A DNA stretch of 22,547 nucleotides, taken from contig JAWABM010000005.1 of the NCBI GenBank assembly GCA_038999215.1, positions 16,498 to 39,044 on the forward strand. The letters run 5' to 3'. The notes under the pieces were generated by a model. That model was given only the letters and a program-made list of their open reading frames with translations. It made no database searches and was not told the origin of the DNA. This DNA is from Candidatus Aenigmatarchaeota archaeon. Its GTDB lineage: Archaea; Aenigmatarchaeota; Aenigmatarchaeia; Aenigmatarchaeales; JACQIB01. How positions within the stretch are numbered: position 1 is the first letter of the stretch; each line of letters opens with the position of its first letter. Positions 8,839-17,627 of this stretch are shown here, piece after piece. Made by a program: the position numbers and the translations under genes.

Positions 8839-10669
8839 TGTAGAACGCCTCCAGCCTCTCATTGTCAACTATTATAAGGGAATAGTCGTAATAAAGCGTG
8901 TCGGTCCTCACGCCGTCGTATTTGGCGCTTGGTCCGCCCTTGCAGTCATACGACCACCTGTTGGTCTTGTCTGTGCAGCTGTTTATGCAGAACTTGCATT
9001 CGCCCGGCACGCCCATTGCCCCGCAGCTCGGCCCGCCCCAGCCCGTGCTCTTGTCGTACATCCAGTACGTGACTATCACGTTGTAGGTCTTGTTCGGTTC
9101 GAGGTACTCCTCGTTGACTATCAGGTTCGAATTCACCTGTATGGTCTTGAAGTCGGGGTTGTCGGCCTTGAGCTGCTTCTGGCATGAGTCCTTCTCCGAC
9201 CAGTACTTGTAGTTCATGTCGCCGAACGTAGAGTCTGTAGCCCATTCCATTAGCGACCCGACGATCCAGCCCCCCATTTCCACGCTCTTGTCGCTGCTCA
9301 TTATCTTCTGCCTTGCCCTCTTGTACTGCGTTTGCTTGGGCAGGGTGACGTAGCAGTCCGGCCCGTCGCATTGGTTGTAGCGGAACGTCCAGAGCGCGCT
9401 GCTGTCGCTCTCGCTCTTCACCTGGATGGCTTTCACGTATTCTGCCGCGAAGTCGTTTATCAGCATCTTCTGGCTGGGCCTGAACGTGATGTTCCTTATC
9501 ATCCTCAGCTCGGGGTACAGCAGCCCTGCCGGGGTGCCCCTGGCATTGTAATCATTGTCCTTGAACAGCGCGCCGAGGTCCTTCGCGACAGCGGCAGGGT
9601 CGGCCGTTCCTATGTCCTGGCCCTTCGGGATCCTCGGCATGCTCACCTGATACGATTTCGTGCCCGTGTTCCAGTAGACCACGTACATGAAGTCGGGCAC
9701 GCAGTTGTTTGGCGTGTAATAGCCCGTGGCCTGGCTGGTGACGCTGCAGTTCTCATAGCCCGGCGGGAAGAAGTCCACCTTGCTGTCCTTGACCTTGTAG
9801 GTGCTCTCCTGATAGTCCTTCCCGTACCTCGTGCTTGTGAAGTAGTCCGCTCCGCCCGATGTCCAGCTCGTTATCCTGTCCGCGTCCGGGCATATCTGGC
9901 AGTCTTGCACCCAGTCCGGAGAAACCGTCGAGGCGACCTTTTTCTTCTTGGTGAGATATTCTACCAAAGATGGCGGAAATATGTCTTTGATAATATCCTT
10001 TGTCGCCTGCCCTGTCATCGCCAGCACGTTGGTGACTTCGACGTTCTCGCACTTGCTGTTGCCGAACTTCAGGTTCTCCCCGCCTACGTTCACCGTGCTT
10101 GCGCCGGTGCAAAGCTTCTTCTCGCCCACCTTCATCCTGTTGAGCAGAAGCGAGACGCAGGCCTCGTCGAGGTGCTGCGGGCAGTTCGGAAGGAGCGGCG
10201 TGTCGAGCCCGCACGCCTCCGCTATCTTCTTCCTCTGGTCCTCTGTCAGGCTGGCCGACTCCCAGTAATGCGTGAATGTGCCGTAGTTGATCGTATCAAT
10301 GTCTATTGCGAACTTCTTCGCGCCGATGACCCTGAGCTTGTCGCTCAGCGCGAGCGCCTGGCCCCTGCCGGCCGAGTCGGACTCGCCGTACCGGACGAAG
10401 TCGTCCCTTATCGTCTTGGCGATCGAGCAGCCCACTTCCGTCGCCGTGGTCGGCAGGCCGAGCCCTGTCAGGTCCACGCTCTCCACCCCGAACGCCGAGG
10501 AAGCGAGCGGCGGCCTTATCTTCGGTATCGAGCCTATCACCATCTGCGGGAACATCTTGCCGAGGTCCCCGCCCGCCGCAAGCAGCCCTATGAGAAGCAG
10601 CGAAATTATTATGATTCCTACGACAGCCGCCAGCGATTCGACCGCTATTCCTCTCATTCCTGCCACCAA
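8831..10669 (-). CDS. Large Cys-rich pilin-like/adhesin candidate (~610 aa)
   Basis: MRG|IAVESLAAVVGIIIISLLLIGLL (ATG 10657 or TTG 10669) followed by a Cys/Thr/Tyr-rich extracellular-type region. Confidence 0.8.
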   Translation of the reverse strand: MVAGMRGIAVESLAAVVGIIIISLLLIGLLAAGGDLGKMFPQMVIGSIPKIRPPLASSAFGVESVDLTGLGLPTTATEVGCSIAKTIRDDFVRYGESDSAGRGQALALSDKLRVIGAKKFAIDIDTINYGTFTHYWESASLTEDQRKKIAEACGLDTPLLPNCPQHLDEACVSLLLNRMKVGEKKLCTGASTVNVGGENLKFGNSKCENVEVTNVLAMTGQATKDIIKDIFPPSLVEYLTKKKKVASTVSPDWVQDCQICPDADRITSWTSGGADYFTSTRYGKDYQESTYKVKDSKVDFFPPGYENCSVTSQATGYYTPNNCVPDFMYVVYWNTGTKSYQVSMPRIPKGQDIGTADPAAVAKDLGALFKDNDYNARGTPAGLLYPELRMIRNITFRPSQKMLINDFAAEYVKAIQVKSESDSSALWTFRYNQCDGPDCYVTLPKQTQYKRARQKIMSSDKSVEMGGWIVGSLMEWATDSTFGDMNYKYWSEKDSCQKQLKADNPDFKTIQVNSNLIVNEEYLEPNKTYNVIVTYWMYDKSTGWGGPSCGAMGVPGECKFCINSCTDKTNRWSYDCKGGPSAKYDGVRTDTLYYDYSLIIVDNERLEAFYNV

Positions 10670-10698
10670 TAATAATTGGCCGGCTTATTTAAAATGCT

Positions 10699-10887
10699 TC
10701 ACACTTCGATTATCCTCGGCCCGAAGAAGAAGTACATCATGTCGTAGTATATGCTCCTCACGAACTGGTAGACGAAGCTGTTCGGGCCCTGGCTGACCAC
10801 GAAAGCTATGAATATGGCCATGAAGGCCACGCCTATTATGAGCACAACTATGAACATCGTCGACTCCTCGGAAAGATGGTAAGGCAT
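10699..10887 (-). CDS. Micro-pilin-like membrane peptide (62 aa)
   Basis: MPYHLSEESTMFIVVLIIGVAFMAIFIAFVV; GAGGTGA RBS. Confidence 0.75.
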   Translation of the reverse strand: MPYHLSEESTMFIVVLIIGVAFMAIFIAFVVSQGPNSFVYQFVRSIYYDMMYFFFGPRIIEV

Positions 10888-10891
10888 TCCA

Positions 10892-11080
10892 TCACCTCAG
10901 TATTACCTTGAGCTGCGCCATCATGTAGAGCGCTATGGCCGCGAACAGGTCCTGCACGGCCTTGAATATGTCGCCCGGCCCGGCTCCCGTCAGCACGCCG
11001 AGCAGCAGCAGGAATATGGCGACCACCATGATTATGGTCACCACGAGCCATATCGACTCCTTTGTCATTTTTACCGGCAT
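10892..11080 (-). CDS. Micro-pilin-like membrane peptide (62 aa)
   Basis: MPVKMTKESIWLVVTIIMVVAIFLLLLGVL; AGGTGA RBS before ATG 11080 (alternative GTG 11089). Confidence 0.75.
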   Translation of the reverse strand: MPVKMTKESIWLVVTIIMVVAIFLLLLGVLTGAGPGDIFKAVQDLFAAIALYMMAQLKVILR

Positions 11081-11089
11081 GCCGTTCAC

Positions 11090-11263
11090 CTATATCCCGG
11101 GCACCTTCGACCCGAGGTTCTCGAACATCTTCGCCAGCCCCGTCCAGAAGTCGAACTTCGGCAGGTCCAGCTGGCCCGTGTAAGCGAGCAGGCCTATTAT
11201 CACCATTATTATCGCCACCGCGAATATGAGGTATATTATCAGCATTACCGCCTTGTCTTCCAT
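11090..11263 (-). CDS. Micro-pilin-like membrane peptide (57 aa), not in ORF track
   Basis: MEDKAVMLIIYLIFAVAIIMVIIGLLAYTGQLDLPKFDFWTGLAKMFENLGSKVPGI*; fills the gap between its neighbours. Confidence 0.8.
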   Translation of the reverse strand: MEDKAVMLIIYLIFAVAIIMVIIGLLAYTGQLDLPKFDFWTGLAKMFENLGSKVPGI

Positions 11264-11264
11264 G

Positions 11265-11798
11265 TCATCCCACCGCCCCGGGCATCACCGCGAACTCCGC
11301 CCTGAACTTGTCTATTGGGCCTTTCCCAGCGGCCGCCGATATCTCCCTCAGCTTCGCGCCCTCCGGGAACGTGAACGTCTTGCACGCCTCGCTGTACGGG
11401 CTTGTCGTAACAGCTTCCTTTGCTTCCTGGCCGTCGCCATAGGTCACCTTGAACGTGATCAAGGTGTACTGTCTCGGCACTGCGCAGACCGTCACGTTGC
11501 TCGCCCACACGCTGCCGAACTTGTCCTCCACGTTGACGAACTGCACCGAATCGCAGTCGCCCATGCCGATGGCCGGCATCCTGCACTTCGCGCACTCGTC
11601 CGAGACGACCGAGCTGAAGCAGGCCTTCCCTACCTTGCCGTCGAAGCTTATGCCCGAGCTCTCGGTGCCTATCTCCATTGGCTGCAGTACCGAAAATATG
11701 AACTGTCCGACGAGGAAAAAGGCGACCACGACCACTGCCGCGAGTATTATCCATATTACCATCATCACGACTTCGTTCGTTATGCCTTTCATGGTCAT
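11265..11798 (-). CDS. Class III signal peptide (pilin-like) protein (177 aa)
   Basis: MTMKG|ITNEVVMMVIWIILAAVVVVAFFLV; ATGA overlap with the platform gene stop. Confidence 0.85.
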   Translation of the reverse strand: MTMKGITNEVVMMVIWIILAAVVVVAFFLVGQFIFSVLQPMEIGTESSGISFDGKVGKACFSSVVSDECAKCRMPAIGMGDCDSVQFVNVEDKFGSVWASNVTVCAVPRQYTLITFKVTYGDGQEAKEAVTTSPYSEACKTFTFPEGAKLREISAAAGKGPIDKFRAEFAVMPGAVG

Positions 11799-13954
11799 CC
11801 GCCTGATGCCGCGAGGTTGAGCGTTTCGGGCGTGAGCAGCGAGGTTATCGCAGGCCCGAACAAGCCGTACGTCACGAGCCAGCTAATGACATAGATGAGG
11901 ACGCCTATCGTCAGCGTCCTGCCTAGCGTGGACCTCAGGCCGACAGCGTCGTCCCCGAACTCTATCCTGTTCACGAACACCGAGAGCAGTATGATGGTCT
12001 CTATCATGTAGATGCCGACTATTATCTGGAATTCCGCCGGCCCGATTGGCATCTTGCCGCCCATCATGGACGGCCCGAACATGAAGCTGTACTGGAACGA
12101 GTTCATGCCCTCCCCTCCCGCCGACACGAGCCCGGCTATCTGCGAGCCGAGCTTTGAGAGTATGTTTATTATCACGACCGCCATGGTTATCGTGACGCCT
12201 GCCACGAGCGGTGTGAGTATCGTGGCGAGGAACCTCATCGAGGACAGCGTCTCCCCGAGCACGCTGTTGACCTCCTCCTTCACCTCGTGCACGCCGTCGA
12301 GGTACTTGGATATCGTGAGCATCGCCGACGACGTCGCCGCCATGCCCTTCTTGCTGGATTCCAGTATGGTGGACATTATCGACCTTATCAGCCGCGACGG
12401 GTAGTGCCAGACGGCGCCCACCTCCTTGTCGAAGAGCGCCTGCTCGAAGGTGTAGCCGAACTTCTTCATGTTCTCGCTGGTTATCTTGAACAGGTCGGCT
12501 ATCTTCATGCCCTTCATGTTGGCCGAAGCCCTCTCTATCGCCAGCTCTATTGGCGTGCCCTCGGATATCTGGTTGCCCAGCTGGAACAGGGCGACCGAGA
12601 ACTCGTTCTCTATCTTCTCTATCTCGCTCCTTATCTTCATCTTCTGTAGGCTGTCCAGCACGCAGTACGTCACTATCGACATCGATATCGCCGCCGTCAC
12701 CAGGAGGGAGAGGTTCACGTTCGCGAAACTGGCCCTCGTGCACTCCAGCTCCACCTCGGCCGATGCCGGGCTTATGCACGGCCCGACCGTGTATATCGAT
12801 GCCGCCATGAGGGGCAGGAGCACCATCAGCGAGAACACCCATATCGGCACCAGCGCGCCGCCTATCCTGAGCTTGCCCATCGGGGGCACGCCCCTTGCGA
12901 GCGATATGTCCGGCTGCGAGAACGTCGGCGGCCTGGCCTTGAGTATGTAGTCGATGAACACCCAGAGGAACACCGGAAGTATGAAGTTGTAGCCGAGGAA
13001 CAGCATGGCCGGCTTTATGACGTCGGCCATGAAGATGACTATTATCGGGAACAGCACCAGGCCCATGACCGGAAGAAGGACGCCCATCGCGTGTATGAGC
13101 ATGACCGGCATCCTCAGCCCGCCGACGTAGTGCTTTGTCCTTTCCATCGTGCCGTTCAGTATGACGCTGAGGGTCTCCTCGAAGAGCTTTTCCCTCCTCT
13201 CCTTCTCCCTCACTGAGCCCCTCAGCAGGTTGAGCGCCTCGGCGAACTCCTCGTTCCTGCCCTTCCACTTGTCTATGTATGACGCTATGGCCGCGTCGGC
13301 CGTGGAATAGACGCCGACGTTTATGTCCCACAGGAGCTTCTTGAGGTCCCAGGCGAGCGGGCCCTTCAGGTTCTCGGACGCGAACTTTATTGCGCCCTCC
13401 ATGTTCGGGCTGGTCCGCATGTAGATTATCATGTAAAGCACCGCGAGGACAGAGTCCGCCGACATCTTGAGTATGGTCTTCTTCGCGTTGGCGGACGGGT
13501 AGGTGAAGATGTAGTAGAACGCGCCGATCATGATTATGACCAGCATTACCGTGAAGAAGCCCAAGTTATAGACGAGCGAAAGGAACGTGGCTATGAACAG
13601 CATGAAGAACGTCAGTATCGAGAAGGCGAGCACGCCCCTCGGCGTCACGCCGAGATAGCCGGTTTTTATGTCGTCGTCCATGCTCCTTGCAATGCCCGCC
13701 GGCGGGTCCACCGGAAGTATGCGGGCGGACGCGGAGCACAGCCTTTCGAACAGGTTTTTCGGCTGCTCCTTTATCTCTGCCAGAAACTCCCTGTATTCCG
13801 TGGCCTTCGTGGCGATCTGCTTCTTTTCGGGCAGCCTGAGCTCCGCGGAGCTTATTATCTTCTTGAGCTCCGCCCTTTTCGCTTCGAGCGCCTTTCTCCT
13901 GGCCTCCTCAAGTTCTTCCCTCTTGCTTTTTTTCCTGCCGAAAAGCCCCATCAT
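11795..13954 (-). CDS. Type IV pilus/T2SS-F family membrane platform protein (PilC/TadB-TadC/ArlJ-like, two F-type repeats)
   Basis: Polytopic membrane protein with two repeats (YMRTSPNMEGAIKFASE...; GNQISEGTPIELAIERAS...), directly downstream of the secretion ATPase with ATGA overlap. Confidence 0.88.
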   Translation of the reverse strand: MMGLFGRKKSKREELEEARRKALEAKRAELKKIISSAELRLPEKKQIATKATEYREFLAEIKEQPKNLFERLCSASARILPVDPPAGIARSMDDDIKTGYLGVTPRGVLAFSILTFFMLFIATFLSLVYNLGFFTVMLVIIMIGAFYYIFTYPSANAKKTILKMSADSVLAVLYMIIYMRTSPNMEGAIKFASENLKGPLAWDLKKLLWDINVGVYSTADAAIASYIDKWKGRNEEFAEALNLLRGSVREKERREKLFEETLSVILNGTMERTKHYVGGLRMPVMLIHAMGVLLPVMGLVLFPIIVIFMADVIKPAMLFLGYNFILPVFLWVFIDYILKARPPTFSQPDISLARGVPPMGKLRIGGALVPIWVFSLMVLLPLMAASIYTVGPCISPASAEVELECTRASFANVNLSLLVTAAISMSIVTYCVLDSLQKMKIRSEIEKIENEFSVALFQLGNQISEGTPIELAIERASANMKGMKIADLFKITSENMKKFGYTFEQALFDKEVGAVWHYPSRLIRSIMSTILESSKKGMAATSSAMLTISKYLDGVHEVKEEVNSVLGETLSSMRFLATILTPLVAGVTITMAVVIINILSKLGSQIAGLVSAGGEGMNSFQYSFMFGPSMMGGKMPIGPAEFQIIVGIYMIETIILLSVFVNRIEFGDDAVGLRSTLGRTLTIGVLIYVISWLVTYGLFGPAITSLLTPETLNLAASGG

Positions 13955-16188
13955 GACACCTTCTTTGCGGAATCCTTGAACCATGCGAGCCATTCGTCAT
14001 AGACTCGCCTGCTGTCCACATCGCCTGTCTCCTTCCTGCTTTTTTCGCAGAGCGAGTGGAACATCTGGTTTGAGGCCACGGTAGTCTCCGCCTCCATCAG
14101 CTCCCTGTTGCCGGTCTGCCTGGCTATGTCGACGATCGACTGGAGCACCTTCCCCCTGAGCTGTATGTTGTCCCATATCGCGTCCCACCTTCCGGCCCAG
14201 CCCGGCACGCTCTTGGATATCTGGTTTATCACGTAGCTTTCCCCGTTCATCAGCGTGTCCGTGGGCCTGAGCGAATCGCTGTCGCTGCTGTATTCAAGCA
14301 GGTTTACGAAGCCGTGCTCCTGCACAGGGTCCTTCTGCCAGTGCTTCCTCACCTCGGTGACTTCCGTCACCCTTCGCAGGCTCCTCAGCCCGTCCGGCGT
14401 CCTGAGCTTGTTGCACACCACCACGAGGTCGGTCGCCTTGAAGCTGGTCGGAGGCACGCCCAGGTCGTTCACGACCCTGTCGAACACTCCGTACGCCGAT
14501 TCGCCGTGTATGGTGCCGGCCACGACGTTGGCGAGCGCGCCGATGCGCATGGCTTCGTAGAGCGCCTTCGCCTCCACCGAACGGACCTCCCCGATGAACA
14601 GGCAGGAATCGCCGAGACGCAGCGCGGTGCGCAGCGCCTCCTCGGCCGGAAGCTCGAGCTCGACTCTTGTTATCACGGAGCGCGACTTTAGGCGCTCGAT
14701 GTTGTAGCCCAGCGAGCGCAGCGCCTCGACCGGAAGCTCGAATGTGTCCTCGACCGTGATTATCCTGTAATACGGTATCACCTGCAGCATTATCGAGCCC
14801 AGGAGCGACGTTTTGCCCGCCCCTCGCGTGCCCGCCACCAGCAGCGTTCTCCCGTATGAGGCCATGAACCACAGCAGGCCTGCGAAGAGGGGGTTGAAGA
14901 ATTTCGCGTCAAGGTAGAGCGGGAACGTCCACGGCTTGAACCTGTGCCTCCTCAGCGCGAACGCCAGCCCTTCCGGAGACAGCCGTGGCGCTATCGCCGC
15001 GACCCTTGCCACGCCTCCAGGCACCGCTATCTCTGTGTCGAGCACAGGGTTCGCCTCGTCCAGCGGCCGCCCGCTCAGAAGCTTGAACCTTGTGGAAAGG
15101 CGCTCTGCGTCGGTCACTGTCGGTATGAGGTTGGTCTCGCACTCGTCGAACTCCTGGTGGTTCACGAAGAGCGGCGTCCTGCCGAGCGGGCTGTTGATGT
15201 TTATGTCCTGTATCTTGGGGTCCGCGAGCAGCGGCTCTATTATACCGAATCCGGCCGTGTTGCGCGTCAGTATGGCGGCGAGCCTGGCCATCTGCTCCGA
15301 GCTCATCTTGAAGGCCCTGACGTCGGCCAGGTCCCTTATCAGCTCCTCGCTTATGGACTGGAATATCTCCCTCATCCTCTGCTGCTCCTTCATCTCAAGC
15401 TCGTGCGGCCTGCGCTTCTCCAGCACCCTGCGGGCGTCGTCGAGCAGGGTGTACTCCTCCTCGGTCAGCCTGAACTCCGGCGGAACAATGAAGTATATCG
15501 GCCTCACCTTGCCGGGCACCTTGTAAATCTCGACCTTTATGTCGCCTATGTCGTACTTGGAGAGCAGGTCGCCTTTCGGGGGCATTGTCACGTATTTGGT
15601 GAACATGAAGCTGGGCCTGGTGAGCGGATGGAACAGCTTCCTGTATACCGCCCTGTCGCCGACCTTGAGGCCGGCTATGAAGGGCTGCGCCCTCTTGATC
15701 AGCTCGGTCCGCTCGAGCACGTCCCTTATCGGCAGCAGCACGTTGTTCAGGTAGGCGTCCATGCACTCCTTGTCGACGCCCTTTTCATGCAGTATCCTGA
15801 CGTGGCGTATCTCCCTCAGCAGGCTCACGTACGCGCCTATCGGGTCGCCCCTCAGCTGGAACGTGGCGAAATTGTACAGCCACGAGTACCAGGCCGAACG
15901 GTACTTGTCGCACTTCACCGGCCCGAGCGCCTGCTGCGAGATGAGCTTCCGCTCCTTGGTTATCTCTATTATCGCGCCCGCTATCTCCGACAGCATCGCG
16001 GTCTGCTCGTAATCGTACTCATTGTCCCTTGTCTCGGTCAGAATTATCGTGTGGACCTTGCGGTCCGTGACCAGGCGGTCGATTACCCTGGCCATTATAA
16101 CGTCGAAGTCCTCTATGTTGGACCCGAATATTCCTCCGAGGCAGTTCATCTTCAGGACTCCGTTTTCGACTTCGATTTCATATACCAT
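13951..16188 (-). CDS. Type II/IV secretion system ATPase (PilB/TadA/VirB11/ArlI family), 745 aa
   Basis: GFGIIEPLLADPKIQDININ, Walker A GTRGAGKTS, Asp box ITVEDTFEL, ALRLG..., Walker B LFIGEVR, His box GTIHG. Confidence 0.95.
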   Translation of the reverse strand: MVYEIEVENGVLKMNCLGGIFGSNIEDFDVIMARVIDRLVTDRKVHTIILTETRDNEYDYEQTAMLSEIAGAIIEITKERKLISQQALGPVKCDKYRSAWYSWLYNFATFQLRGDPIGAYVSLLREIRHVRILHEKGVDKECMDAYLNNVLLPIRDVLERTELIKRAQPFIAGLKVGDRAVYRKLFHPLTRPSFMFTKYVTMPPKGDLLSKYDIGDIKVEIYKVPGKVRPIYFIVPPEFRLTEEEYTLLDDARRVLEKRRPHELEMKEQQRMREIFQSISEELIRDLADVRAFKMSSEQMARLAAILTRNTAGFGIIEPLLADPKIQDININSPLGRTPLFVNHQEFDECETNLIPTVTDAERLSTRFKLLSGRPLDEANPVLDTEIAVPGGVARVAAIAPRLSPEGLAFALRRHRFKPWTFPLYLDAKFFNPLFAGLLWFMASYGRTLLVAGTRGAGKTSLLGSIMLQVIPYYRIITVEDTFELPVEALRSLGYNIERLKSRSVITRVELELPAEEALRTALRLGDSCLFIGEVRSVEAKALYEAMRIGALANVVAGTIHGESAYGVFDRVVNDLGVPPTSFKATDLVVVCNKLRTPDGLRSLRRVTEVTEVRKHWQKDPVQEHGFVNLLEYSSDSDSLRPTDTLMNGESYVINQISKSVPGWAGRWDAIWDNIQLRGKVLQSIVDIARQTGNRELMEAETTVASNQMFHSLCEKSRKETGDVDSRRVYDEWLAWFKDSAKKVS

Positions 16189-16205
16189 GGACAGTCCTCG
16201 AACAA

Positions 16206-16248
16206 TATTTATATACAGACCTAATTATAATATAACCTGTAAATAAAT
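16206..16248. promoter_or_regulatory. Divergent promoter region with TATA boxes
   Basis: AT-rich 71-bp gap between divergent genes, with TTTATATA (16208-16215) and TTATAATATA (16225-16234). Confidence 0.65.
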
Positions 16249-16259
16249 GTTGTGATTTT

Positions 16260-16589
16260 ATGGCTGAGCTGGACATCCAGGCTGTTCTTAACGAGGCCTA
16301 CAGGAGGCTTAACGAGGACACTCGCAGGCTCCGCGCCCTTGAGGAAAGGAGCGACCTGCTCGAGAGCAGGATAGGCAGGCTTGAAGGCGACATTCTCAGG
16401 GTGCAGGACGACTCAAGAAAGAGGTTTGACGCGGTTGCAGCGGCGATGAAAGGTCTCGAGGAGAGGATGGTGCTCCTGGATAATGAGATAACCAAGCTGA
16501 ACAAGCTTATGGAGAAGACCGCCAGGAAGAGCGAGGTCGACGCGCTCCAGAACCTTGTTGAGCTCTACAATCCGTTCAAGAAGAAGTGA
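16260..16589 (+). CDS. Coiled-coil hypothetical protein ending in YNPF (109 aa)
   Basis: Heptad-rich sequence; GTGAT RBS; C-terminal ...LVELYNPFKKK. Confidence 0.85.
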   Translation: MAELDIQAVLNEAYRRLNEDTRRLRALEERSDLLESRIGRLEGDILRVQDDSRKRFDAVAAAMKGLEERMVLLDNEITKLNKLMEKTARKSEVDALQNLVELYNPFKKK

Positions 16590-16594
16590 TGATT

Positions 16595-17251
16595 ATGGCA
16601 GAGAAGGAGGTAATTCCGGTCGAGCTGGTGCAGAGGCTGGCTGCGCAAGGAAAGTCCGAACCGCAGATAATAGCCGAGCTCAGGGCGCACGGATTCACGC
16701 CCGCTCAGATAAGCAGGGCGATAAAGGAGGCCCTGAAGGAGGAGGTTTCTAAGCCAGAGGAGCTTGTGCCAGCGCCGCCAGCCAGGCCTTCCGAGCCGGG
16801 CGGCCCGCACAGGATGCCTGCCGAAGTAAGGCGCAGGGAGGCCGTCCTGCCGGTGCCGGCCGAGATAATGCCACGAAAGGAGAGGATGGCCTTGCCAGAA
16901 GCAAAGCAGCCTTCCGAAATATCGCTTCCCGTGCCTGCTGAAAGGCCTGCGCCGGCCGTGGTCGCCCCCAAGATAGGGGTCGAGGAGCTGGTCGAGCAGG
17001 TGGTCGAGGAGAAGTGGAAGGAGACGAGGGAAAAGATAGACGGCTTCCAGAAGCAGGTCGACGCGGCCAGGGAGGCCGTCGAGGGGATGAAGGCGCGCCT
17101 GGCGGCCGCCGGGACAGAGGAGAAAGGCGAGGAGAAAAGACTAGGCGCTCTCATTGAAAGCCTGCGGGCCGACGTGGAAAAGCTGGATTCGCGCACCGAA
17201 GCGCTCGAGAAGGCGTTCAAGGAATTCTCGTCGTACATGAAGAAGAAATAA
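16595..17251 (+). CDS. Hypothetical protein: small helical N-domain, Pro-rich linker, C-terminal coiled coil
   Basis: VQRLAAQGKSEPQIIAELRAHGFTPAQISRAI, Pro-rich spacer, EELVEQVVEEKW coiled coil; alternative starts 16586/16589. Confidence 0.85.
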   Translation: MAEKEVIPVELVQRLAAQGKSEPQIIAELRAHGFTPAQISRAIKEALKEEVSKPEELVPAPPARPSEPGGPHRMPAEVRRREAVLPVPAEIMPRKERMALPEAKQPSEISLPVPAERPAPAVVAPKIGVEELVEQVVEEKWKETREKIDGFQKQVDAAREAVEGMKARLAAAGTEEKGEEKRLGALIESLRADVEKLDSRTEALEKAFKEFSSYMKKK

Positions 17252-17276
17252 ATAGTATCGTCCCATAATCTTTCTT

Positions 17277-17627
17277 ATGGAGGAAGAAAAGATACACGTC
17301 AAGGTCAGGATTCCCGAACTGAACAGGACCGTCGAGATGGATGTCGGCTATCAGGAGAGCGGAAGGAAGATACTCGGCGACGTCTACGAAAAGTTCAAGC
17401 CCGAGTTCAACGTCAAGGGCGTCGACGACGTCAGGAAGATGGTGCTTTACGAGAGCAGCGGCAGGAATCCCCTGAACAGGAGCAAACAGGTCATCGATTA
17501 CGCCAAGCCGCACGAAAGGTTCGTGGAGGTCGTGGTCGGCACAATCGACGAATACAAGAAAAAGTTCTTCGACAAGGTCAAGGAGGACGCGGCGAGGATG
17601 CGCGCCGCGCGCGCGGCCAGCGCCTAG
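17277..17627 (+). CDS. Hypothetical protein, possible ubiquitin-like (beta-grasp) fold (116 aa)
   Basis: Pattern beta(IHVKVRI)-beta(RTVEMDV)-helix(GRKILGDVYEKF)-beta(MVLY)-PLNRSKQVIDY-beta(FVEVVV). Confidence 0.7.
   Translation: MEEEKIHVKVRIPELNRTVEMDVGYQESGRKILGDVYEKFKPEFNVKGVDDVRKMVLYESSGRNPLNRSKQVIDYAKPHERFVEVVVGTIDEYKKKFFDKVKEDAARMRAARAASA

Noticed and set aside
2881..16188. Archaellum (arl/fla) operon
   Set aside because: No archaellin-type N-terminus and no recognisable ArlH, ArlF/G or chemotaxis genes; better described as a T4P-like locus.
9332..16224. Long antisense or alternative-frame ORFs (e.g. 9332-10672 +, 11883-13331 -, 14944-16224 +)
   Set aside because: Shadows of GC-rich codon usage in genuine genes; no motifs or RBS support.
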